Shown: piece after piece, positions 6,540-13,207 of the stretch
Layout: every line of letters starts with the position of its first letter
Position numbering within the stretch: the stretch's first letter is position 1
IMG/VR virus record: IMGVR_UViG_3300008111_000114
Source of the DNA: an uncultured virus (IMG/VR IMGVR_UViG_3300008111_000114)
Lineage: Duplodnaviria; Heunggongvirae; Uroviricota; Caudoviricetes
Length of the DNA: 20,000 bases
Direction: 5' to 3' (one strand)
The notes under the pieces: generated by a model
Seen by the model: the letters and a program-made list of their open reading frames with translations, nothing else
Told to the model about the DNA's origin: nothing
Databases searched by the model: none
Translations under genes and position numbers: made by a program

Positions 6540-6678
6540 TTAGTGAACCAACCTTTCTTTAGTTTGTTATAGTAGAATACTAACACACACCACTGACATT
6601 TTCAAGGGGACAATTCGGACATATGGGATAAATTGAAAAAAATCTTTGTGACCTTGCTCACAAATATGTGCTCATTAT

Positions 6679-6694
6679 TAGAACAGATGTTCGA
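6679..6694. promoter_or_regulatory. actinobacterial-type LexA (SOS) box
   Basis: TAGAACAGATGTTCGA, one mismatch to TCGAAC-N4-GTTCGA. Confidence 0.65.
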
Positions 6695-6841
6695 TTTTAA
6701 AAAGCTGCATCATACAAAATAAAAATTTATTAACATTTCCTATAGATCATAAATAAACAGGGCTAATAAGAATATTTGCCATATAATGTCTATATAACTT
6801 ATAATTGATTATCTACGTCTAATAATTTAGGAGGACGGGAT

Positions 6842-6979
6842 ATGACAAAACAGCAATATCTAGCTGATACGCTACAAAAGCTTATACAGTCAGGAAAGTA
6901 CTTTAATAACGGTACTATAAATTTCGACGGGATAGCAGAAGAACTTCTTCTTGCCCTAGAGAGCTTTACTCCAGAGTAA
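6842..6979 (+). CDS. hypothetical protein, 45 aa (MTKQQYLADTLQ...), not in the ORF track
   Basis: RBS AGGAGG at 6829-6834, TATAAT at 6782-6787. Confidence 0.65.
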   Translation: MTKQQYLADTLQKLIQSGKYFNNGTINFDGIAEELLLALESFTPE

Positions 6980-7346
6980 TATCTACTGTTGTTCTCTCTA
7001 ATTCGGCGGGAGTCCATAAACCTACTTTAGAATCTCCCATATAACCCTTAGCCATTCCTTTGGCTACCATTTGATCATTAATGGAGATATCACTATTGAT
7101 ATATATCTTACCTAGATATCTACCGTACTTATCTGGTTTAAAGACTTCGAGTTTTACGAGCTTCCCCGCCAAAAGTTGGGTAAGGTATGCCTTAGTAGCT
7201 TTTCCATAGGGAGTATTCTTTTCGGCTGTATCTACCCCTACAAGGCGAATACGCTCTGATCTCCATACTTTAAATCCAAGGTCGATAAAAACATCTACAG
7301 TGTCGCCATCGACGACATTTTCTATTTTAGTGTAATACGTGTACAT
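6966..7346 (-). CDS. thermonuclease (SNase family)
   Basis: VVDGDT, RIRLVGVDTAE and DKYGRYLG motifs. Confidence 0.92.
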   Translation of the reverse strand: MYTYYTKIENVVDGDTVDVFIDLGFKVWRSERIRLVGVDTAEKNTPYGKATKAYLTQLLAGKLVKLEVFKPDKYGRYLGKIYINSDISINDQMVAKGMAKGYMGDSKVGLWTPAELERTTVDITLE

Positions 7347-7696
7347 TATTTTATAAAGCTCCCATTCCAGAATTTATCCATATCGTTATCTTCGTCTGTA
7401 TCGTTTTCGGCGTTCACTAATCCATCTGGAATAGCCGCTAATCTACACATACCATTTTCTTCTACATTAAACGATAGGATCTTACATCCTAATTCCATAC
7501 TCCCAGGAATTTCTACATGGAAAGAGCAATTTCCGCATTTTACCCCTATGGAGGCATTTTCATTATCTGAACCTTCTTCATATCCGACCCATACACTCCC
7601 GCTTCCTTTATCAAAGGGCCCGAATTTCTGGACTACTCCAAGTAGGGCGTCATGATAGGCTTTTTCAACGGGGGTTAATTGGTCATATAGGTTCAT
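7346..7696 (-). CDS. hypothetical protein with a HiPIP-like 4-Cys motif, leaderless (start revised to MNLYDQ)
   Basis: TATAAT-6nt-ATG, motif CGNC...GC.I....V...GMC. Confidence 0.75.
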   Translation of the reverse strand: MNLYDQLTPVEKAYHDALLGVVQKFGPFDKGSGSVWVGYEEGSDNENASIGVKCGNCSFHVEIPGSMELGCKILSFNVEENGMCRLAAIPDGLVNAENDTDEDNDMDKFWNGSFIK

Positions 7697-7765
7697 ATAG
7701 CTATTATACAGGAGTATCTTCATCGTCGGCGGCGCACTGATCACTATATATGATAATATAATCAT

Positions 7766-7840
7766 ATGAAGAATGATGGTAAATGTGATAGGGAAGAAGG
7801 ACCAGACTGGCTAGATCTCTACCCAGACGATATAATATAG
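7766..7840 (+). CDS. possible leaderless 24-aa peptide
   Basis: TGA-TAATAT-6nt-ATG, MKNDGKCDREEGPDWLDLYPDDII. Confidence 0.35.
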   Translation: MKNDGKCDREEGPDWLDLYPDDII

Positions 7841-7862
7841 TTAGCACTTCAGTACGGCGTAT

Positions 7863-7895
7863 ATTCATATAATGTTCATATCTAGTTATCTAAAT
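7863..7895 (+). promoter_or_regulatory. PHO-box-like array of three 11-nt direct repeats
   Basis: ATTCATATAAT/GTTCATATCTA/GTTATCTAAAT upstream of TATACT (7924-7929) and pstS. Confidence 0.65.
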
Positions 7896-7938
7896 ATGGG
7901 TGTATACCAGCAGCCCCATATTGTATACTAGAGTTACT

Positions 7939-8976
7939 ATGAGAAATAAATCTATAGTCATAACGCTAGCATTGGTTGCTGGCATCTTTACATCACATCC
8001 CGCCACCGCATCAGAAGATGTAGTTGGATCGGGATCATCATTTATATCAAATTACCTTGACGCATGCAGAATTAGTTATGCCAAGGCAACTGGAAACACC
8101 ATCACCTATTCTTCATTAGGATCTGGTGCTGGTAGATCACAATTAAACAATAAGATCATCGACTTTGCTGGAACAGATACCCCATATAATCCAGGAGAAT
8201 TAAAGCCATCTGGTATAGTCTACATTCCTTTTATTGCTGGCCCTATCGGAGTCATCTATAGACTTGATGGATATTCAAAGCCTATACAACTTAAAAAAGA
8301 AACATTGGCAAATATTTTTGCAGGTAAGATTACAAAATGGAATCATAAGTCTATTATTTCAGATAACACAATTAAGGGAGTCAAACCAAAGATTCCAGCA
8401 ACAGCTATTCGAATTGCTTATCGTGCAGACGGATCTGGAACAAGTCAGATATTTACAGAATATTTAAATTCAGTAGCCCCAACAATTTGGACTAAAGCAG
8501 GCAATAAAGACTTTAAGACTGCTTATCCTGGAACATTGTCTTTTACTTCACAGGCAGGGTCAGGATCTCATGGAGTCGTAATGATAGCCCGTCAAATGAA
8601 TGGCGTAATAACATACGCAGAGTCTTCCTTTGCGGGTGGATTAAAACTTGCCTTAATTGAAAATGGTGCTGGTAAATTTACTGCCCCTACTTCAAAAGCA
8701 GCATCTCAATTCCTTAGTGATTTTGAGCCATTGGCTAACGGACTCATAAAGGCAAACTATAACAATAAAAACCCTTTATCGTATAACTTATCAGCATTTA
8801 GTTATATAGTTGCATTTAAGGAAAATACGCCAAGAAATGACGCAGTTAAAGAATTTATATCATTTGCTGTGACTAAATGTAATAAGGAGGCTGTGGCTAC
8901 TGGATACTCTCCTTTAGTTGGACCAGTACTTGCTATTGCCAAGTCTAAAATAGCCGAAGTCTCTTCTGGCGAGTAA
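7939..8976 (+). CDS. pstS: phosphate ABC transporter substrate-binding protein (auxiliary metabolic gene)
   Basis: GSGSSF, GSGAG, DFAGTD, IFAGKITKWN and RADGSGTS motifs, signal peptide from ATG 7939. Confidence 0.95.
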   Translation: MRNKSIVITLALVAGIFTSHPATASEDVVGSGSSFISNYLDACRISYAKATGNTITYSSLGSGAGRSQLNNKIIDFAGTDTPYNPGELKPSGIVYIPFIAGPIGVIYRLDGYSKPIQLKKETLANIFAGKITKWNHKSIISDNTIKGVKPKIPATAIRIAYRADGSGTSQIFTEYLNSVAPTIWTKAGNKDFKTAYPGTLSFTSQAGSGSHGVVMIARQMNGVITYAESSFAGGLKLALIENGAGKFTAPTSKAASQFLSDFEPLANGLIKANYNNKNPLSYNLSAFSYIVAFKENTPRNDAVKEFISFAVTKCNKEAVATGYSPLVGPVLAIAKSKIAEVSSGE

Positions 8977-8999
8977 ATATCAAATTTGATATAATAGGT

Positions 9000-9026
9000 T
9001 TAGCACTCTGCTTCGGGGAGTGCTAA
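9000..9026. promoter_or_regulatory. CIRCE operator (HrcA site)
   Basis: Exact TTAGCACTC-N9-GAGTGCTAA just after TGATATAAT and upstream of hsp20. Confidence 0.88.
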
Positions 9027-9054
9027 ATCTAACTCGCTTAATAAAGGAGCAAAA

Positions 9055-9477
9055 ATGGTAAATTATATCAACTCAACGGTCAGCGTTTATGACCCATTCA
9101 AGTTCGTAGACCAGCTATGGAATCAAACTGTAGCATCTGCGGCAACGTCATGGCAGGATTCATATCCTCCATTTAATATCAGAGAAATTGATGAGGATAC
9201 CCGTGTGCTTGAACTGGCTACCGCTGGTTTTGCAAAGGACGAAATCGCTATCAAGATCGAAGACGATGTTGTAACAATCTCAGGAGAAAAAGCTAAGCAG
9301 GACGAAGAGCCAAAATACCTACATAAGGGTATTGCAACTCGTAAGTTTGCCAAAACTATTACTCTTTGGGAGTATTGGGAAGTAGACTCTGCTGACTATA
9401 AGGATGGAATCCTCAATGTAGTTCTAAAAAGAGAGATTCCAGAAGAGAAAAAGCCTAGACAAATTAAGATCAAGTAG
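9055..9477 (+). CDS. hsp20: small heat-shock protein, Hsp20/alpha-crystallin family
   Basis: YPPFNI, LELATAGF, YLHKGIATRKF and A.YKDGIL motifs, C-terminal IxI, RBS AAGGAG. Confidence 0.95.
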   Translation: MVNYINSTVSVYDPFKFVDQLWNQTVASAATSWQDSYPPFNIREIDEDTRVLELATAGFAKDEIAIKIEDDVVTISGEKAKQDEEPKYLHKGIATRKFAKTITLWEYWEVDSADYKDGILNVVLKREIPEEKKPRQIKIK

Positions 9478-9491
9478 GCTATAATTAATAT

Positions 9492-9587
9492 GTGCACCGC
9501 CGTGTTACTTTCCGTTCTACCTTTCTTGCGGATAGCTTAGTGCGGGCATAAGGGCCCTGAGCATGGCCATGTAAACTGCTCATTTTT
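9492..9587 (+). ncRNA. candidate sRNA with an anti-SD loop and a 3' pseudoknot
   Basis: TATAAT at 9480-9485, nested stems, loop TCTACCTTTCTT, pseudoknot at 9553-9582, then T5. No convincing ORF. Confidence 0.6.
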
Positions 9588-9645
9588 CTATTCCTGATAG
9601 AATAGAGGTATATCCACTGAGGATATTTTAAAGGAGAAAACATAT

Positions 9646-9972
9646 ATGTCAATCAATAAAGCAATGCTAGATTCATATGCCCGTAACCTTGCAGGTCAAG
9701 TAATCGGTGCAATTGTAATCGTAATGCAAACAGCAAATGTCGGATCACCAGTTGATTTTGGTTCATCTGAATGGCTACTTGTTGCAAATGCTCTTTGGTC
9801 TTCCGCCGTTCCAACATTAATCCGTTGGGCGAATAAGAAGGATCCAGCATTTGGACGTGTAGCAACATCTGTAGTTGCGGAAGCAACTAAGAAGCTAGAA
9901 ACAGCAGCGACTGCTTCAGCCGCAAAGAAGACAGCAGCAAAGAAAACTGCAGCTAAGAAGACGGTGAAGTAG
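9646..9972 (+). CDS. putative holin with a KKTAA-repeat basic tail
   Basis: Two hydrophobic segments, directly upstream of the endolysin, RBS AAGGAG. Confidence 0.7.
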   Translation: MSINKAMLDSYARNLAGQVIGAIVIVMQTANVGSPVDFGSSEWLLVANALWSSAVPTLIRWANKKDPAFGRVATSVVAEATKKLETAATASAAKKTAAKKTAAKKTVK

Positions 9973-9974
9973 TA

Positions 9975-10772
9975 GTGGGAGCAAAAGGGTCTTTAGAAGC
10001 AATCATTGAGGTTGCTAAAAAAGAAATAGGAACTATCGAGGGACCTAAAGATAACGAAACCAAGTATGGTAAATGGACTGGTGCAAACTTCTTGCCTTGG
10101 TGCCAATCTTTCGTTTCATGGTGTGCATTTACTGCAGGCCTAGACGCAAAGAAATACCCAAAGACTGCAGCAACTGTTGCAGCTTCAGATTGGTTTAAGA
10201 AGAATAATCGTTGGGCAGATGCTCGTAACGATGATCCTACACCAGGAGATTGGATTTATTTCGATTTCCCAGATGATGGAGTCAACAGAATTTCACACGT
10301 TGGACTTTGCATCAAGAATAACGGTGATGGAACAATTCAAGTTATCGAAGGTAACACTTCAGGAACTGCTAAGGGCGATCAAAGAAATGGCGGAATGTGC
10401 GTAGAGAAAACTCGTGCATACGTAAAGAATAACAAGAAGAAGCTAATTAATGCTGTAGTTGGTTGGGGACGTCCAGTTTATGCTGGAGAAGAAAACCTAC
10501 CACTACTATCTAAAGTTGGATCTTCTGACGCTCCAGCAGCACCTGCTAAGCCAGCGGCACCAAAAGCACCTGCTGCGCCAGCACAGTTCATTGATCTTAA
10601 AGTTGGTGCAAAAGGACAAAAAGTAAAAGTTGTTCAAACTGCACTAAAACTTAAGGCTGATGGCGAGTTTGGTCCTGCAACAGAAAAAGCTGTAAAGGCT
10701 TATCAGAAGGCCAAAGGTCTTCCAGAGACTGGTATTGTTGATCAAAAAACATTCAAGGCTCTAAAGGGCTAA
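9975..10772 (+). CDS. endolysin with a CHAP/NlpC-P60-type peptidase domain, Pro/Ala linker and PG_binding_1 domain
   Basis: PWCQSFVSW, SHVGL, IEGNT and DGEFGPATEKAVKAYQ..GL..TGIVD motifs. Confidence 0.9.
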   Translation: MGAKGSLEAIIEVAKKEIGTIEGPKDNETKYGKWTGANFLPWCQSFVSWCAFTAGLDAKKYPKTAATVAASDWFKKNNRWADARNDDPTPGDWIYFDFPDDGVNRISHVGLCIKNNGDGTIQVIEGNTSGTAKGDQRNGGMCVEKTRAYVKNNKKKLINAVVGWGRPVYAGEENLPLLSKVGSSDAPAAPAKPAAPKAPAAPAQFIDLKVGAKGQKVKVVQTALKLKADGEFGPATEKAVKAYQKAKGLPETGIVDQKTFKALKG

Positions 10773-10780
10773 TAAGCTCT

Positions 10781-10822
10781 AAAAAAATATCCCCTAGGAG
10801 AAATCCTGGGGGATTATTTTTT
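10781..10822. terminator. bidirectional intrinsic terminator
   Basis: A tract, TCCCCTAGGA/TCCTGGGGGA hairpin and T tract between convergent genes. Confidence 0.85.
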
Positions 10823-10997
10823 AATACTCTTCGTCTTCGAAGTCATCTTCGTATTCTTCTGCCTTTTCAGTTGACACCTCTAACACCTCTGTGTTTTCAG
10901 CAGAACCGAGAAGATCGAAAGAATCGATGATGGAATCAATATTGTCGACTTTGTTGATATCTACTTCTAGATTCAATGTTACGAAATATTTAGGCAT
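10821..10997 (-). CDS. acidic hypothetical protein, ~58 aa
   Basis: RBS GGAGG before MPKYF, D/E-rich tail. Confidence 0.7.
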   Translation of the reverse strand: MPKYFVTLNLEVDINKVDNIDSIIDSFDLLGSAENTEVLEVSTEKAEEYEDDFEDEEY

Positions 10998-11175
10998 CTT
11001 CATCCTCCACTAGTGATGGCGGTGGTGTAAGGATCTTACCTTCTGCATGAAGATTTCTAATCTCTAAGGCCTCTTCGCCCTTACCAACACCGTCGGCTAT
11101 AATCATAAGCATATCATACACTCTTGATAGTTGTATATAGATTCCAAGTAAAATATTTTCGTTTTCTTCAGCCAT
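10990..11175 (-). CDS. hypothetical protein, 61 aa
   Basis: ORF overlapping both neighbours by 8 nt. Confidence 0.75.
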   Translation of the reverse strand: MAEENENILLGIYIQLSRVYDMLMIIADGVGKGEEALEIRNLHAEGKILTPPPSLVEDEDA

Positions 11176-11380
11176 TCAATTCTCGTTCCATTGTTTTATA
11201 TGTTTCCAGTCCTACATACACTCTATCATTACATTCTAGGCAAAATAGGTACACACCGTCATCGTCAAAACCAGATAGTAGCTTGACACTGCACGAAACA
11301 TTATGTGAAAAGTCTGTGCGAGTATCAAGCCACTGTCTTACGACTCTGATATCAATTACCCCAGTGTTATCTATTTGCAT
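11168..11380 (-). CDS. small Cys-containing protein, 70 aa, leaderless
   Basis: TGA-TACAGT-6nt-ATG, LFCLECN motif. Confidence 0.75.
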   Translation of the reverse strand: MQIDNTGVIDIRVVRQWLDTRTDFSHNVSCSVKLLSGFDDDGVYLFCLECNDRVYVGLETYKTMERELNG

Positions 11381-11412
11381 AGATTAACTGTATCATTTGA
11401 TTTTACCGAATG

Positions 11413-12036
11413 TCAAGCTTCGACTGGTATTTTATAAGGGGTTAGATCCACTTTAGGGAAGTTAAGTACCCATGTTTTGGCTTTCTGGATTGAATTGGTC
11501 CATGAAGACCAATCTCCTCCACCCTGAGACATATGAAATGCAATTTCTGCATTGGTAACTGGATTTAGCAACTCCTTATTGCTATCAAGCCCGAACTTCT
11601 TACGACGCTCTGGCCCTAGGTTTCCAATCATATTGATTTGGAAGATCCCGTAAGAACTATCTCCAGTCTTTGTATTACCATTATATGCCACGGGGCGGCC
11701 ATTGGACTCCGTTTTTGCGATAGCCCAGGCCTTCTTAAGCTCATTACCTTCAAAGCCTACTAAATACAATAAAATAGCAAGGTCTTCGTCAGTTAACTTC
11801 TTAGCCTTTTTAAATTGCTCAAGCTTATTAGTTCTAGCTTTCACAATTTCCATGGTTTTCTTTAAAGATTCAAGATACTCCTGATATTCACGAGTAGTCT
11901 TTAAATCTTCTAAGTTACTTACCTTTTTTAACGGTTCTTTTGTATATCTACTAAAATCTATACTAGGAGTAATATTAATTCCTAATATAAATATTAATAA
12001 ATAACTAAGTAACCTAATACTTAGGTTTTTACTCAT
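11413..12036 (-). CDS. membrane-anchored lysozyme-like/SLT lytic transglycosylase
   Basis: N-terminal TM segment, AIAKTES, SYGIFQIN, LLNPVTNAEIA and DWSSW motifs. Confidence 0.85.
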   Translation of the reverse strand: MSKNLSIRLLSYLLIFILGINITPSIDFSRYTKEPLKKVSNLEDLKTTREYQEYLESLKKTMEIVKARTNKLEQFKKAKKLTDEDLAILLYLVGFEGNELKKAWAIAKTESNGRPVAYNGNTKTGDSSYGIFQINMIGNLGPERRKKFGLDSNKELLNPVTNAEIAFHMSQGGGDWSSWTNSIQKAKTWVLNFPKVDLTPYKIPVEA

Positions 12037-12042
12037 TATATT

Positions 12043-12071
12043 ATAATAACCTCTTTCTTGTACCTTGTCAA
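12043..12071 (-). promoter_or_regulatory. sigma70/SigA-type leaderless promoter
   Basis: TTGACA-17nt-TATTAT-6nt-ATG. Confidence 0.75.
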
Positions 12072-12134
12072 GACTTTTTTTTAAAAAATCTTTGTGATAT
12101 ACTGAAAATATTCTGAAGCGAAAGGTAGTACCCC

Positions 12135-13115
12135 TTGCATATAAGTTTTTTTACATCCGAATCTGGATATAATCCCGCCGTTGGATACGGCCAGGCCAGC
12201 ATGGGCATAATCACTTCCCTTCAGAAATTAGGTCATTTGGTCACTCCAAACAACGCTAAAGCTGACCTTCAGCTTAATTTCATATCACCCATCGCATACA
12301 AATACAACAGGCCTACTCAATATACTATCGGATATACACCGTGGGAGTCAACCCTTTTGCCTCATTTCTGGAAAGAAAATATGAATCGGTGTGATGAAGT
12401 ATGGGCAACATGCGCTTTCAATGCTTGGGTATATAAAGAGCAGGGTGTAACAAGACCAATAAAGATTTATAAGCATGGACTGCATGACGTATGGAAAAAT
12501 TCTACAAAAAGAACTGTTGGATCAAAGTTTAGATTTTTACACATTGGTGAACCATCAGAGAGAAAAGGTGGAAGTTTAACTGTAAAGACATTTATAGAAA
12601 CATTCGGAAATAACCCTGATGTCGAATTAACTGTAAAGTGTCATGAGACAAGTACAATAAGGGTTTACGATATGTTTGGCGAAAGAGTTGATTTCTCTAA
12701 ATATCCTAATATTAAGTTTGTCTCAAAAGAAATGTCTGATGAAGAGCTAGTGATGCTTATGCATTCTCATCACTGTTTGATCTACCCGTCCTACGGAGAG
12801 GGTTTTGGTTTTATTCCTATTCAAGCAATGGCGACGGGAATGCCAGTAATTTGCACAGAGGCTTGGGCACCATATAAAGAATTTATAACCCTAAAGCTAC
12901 AGTCAACACTTGGAGATTCTCCTTGGCCATTAATGCTTCCAGGAAAAATGTTTCATCCAGATGTCGACCACTTAAAATATTTAATGACAGAAGTTGTTTA
13001 TAAATATGATCAGTATGTTGAAACTGCCCTGAGTAATCTAGATGAAATGTATAAACAATATGATTGGCTTACCTTAACCGAAAAAGCTTTTGCCCATTTA
13101 AAAAACATTGCATAA
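12135..13115 (+). CDS. glycosyltransferase, GT4/GT-B fold
   Basis: RKG and YPSYGEGFGFIPIQAMATGMPVI motifs, TTG start with RBS GAAAGGTAG. Confidence 0.9.
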   Translation: MHISFFTSESGYNPAVGYGQASMGIITSLQKLGHLVTPNNAKADLQLNFISPIAYKYNRPTQYTIGYTPWESTLLPHFWKENMNRCDEVWATCAFNAWVYKEQGVTRPIKIYKHGLHDVWKNSTKRTVGSKFRFLHIGEPSERKGGSLTVKTFIETFGNNPDVELTVKCHETSTIRVYDMFGERVDFSKYPNIKFVSKEMSDEELVMLMHSHHCLIYPSYGEGFGFIPIQAMATGMPVICTEAWAPYKEFITLKLQSTLGDSPWPLMLPGKMFHPDVDHLKYLMTEVVYKYDQYVETALSNLDEMYKQYDWLTLTEKAFAHLKNIA

Positions 13116-13207
13116 ACACTTCCGCACTCGTAAAAGCTTGTGGTAAGATTGTATCTCAACAAAAAATTTATTAAGTGCCAAGAGGCACTAGAAGGAGTTT
13201 CACAAAA

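Larger units (their letters stand above)
495..6598 (-). promoter_or_regulatory. 13 copies of a PafBC/RecA-NDp-type promoter, TGTCRS-N10-TAnnnT
   Basis: Copies at 495-516, 754-775, 1646-1667, 1790-1811, 2243-2264, 2702-2723, 2967-2988, 4125-4146, 4607-4628, 5171-5192, 5908-5929, 6280-6301 and 6577-6598. All have a 10-nt spacer, all are on the minus strand and each lies upstream of an ORF start. Confidence 0.9.
824..6662. promoter_or_regulatory. 12 CRP/GlxR-type palindromes, TGTGA-N6-TCACA
   Basis: Perfect at 3037-3052, 4174-4189, 4662-4677, 4695-4710, 5958-5973 and 6647-6662. One or two mismatches at 824-839, 1912-1927, 4678-4693, 5231-5246, 5351-5366 and 6330-6345. Confidence 0.8.

Noticed and set aside
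5..6543. Plus-strand ORFs in the early region (5-397, 538-903, 1497-1736, 4165-4374, 4788-5114, 5195-5431, 6232-6543)
   Set aside because: They are antisense shadows of minus-strand genes or spacers and have no convincing RBS or promoter.
7841..7848. TTAGCACT, half of a CIRCE, upstream of pstS
   Set aside because: There is no second arm.
9517..9528. AGAAAGGTAG on the minus strand as the RBS of a hidden gene
   Set aside because: There is no start codon at a usable distance downstream.
13116..13207. NrdR box or cobalamin riboswitch upstream of nrdJ
   Set aside because: The region is too short for the riboswitch and has no convincing NrdR consensus, only a small hairpin at 13174-13189.
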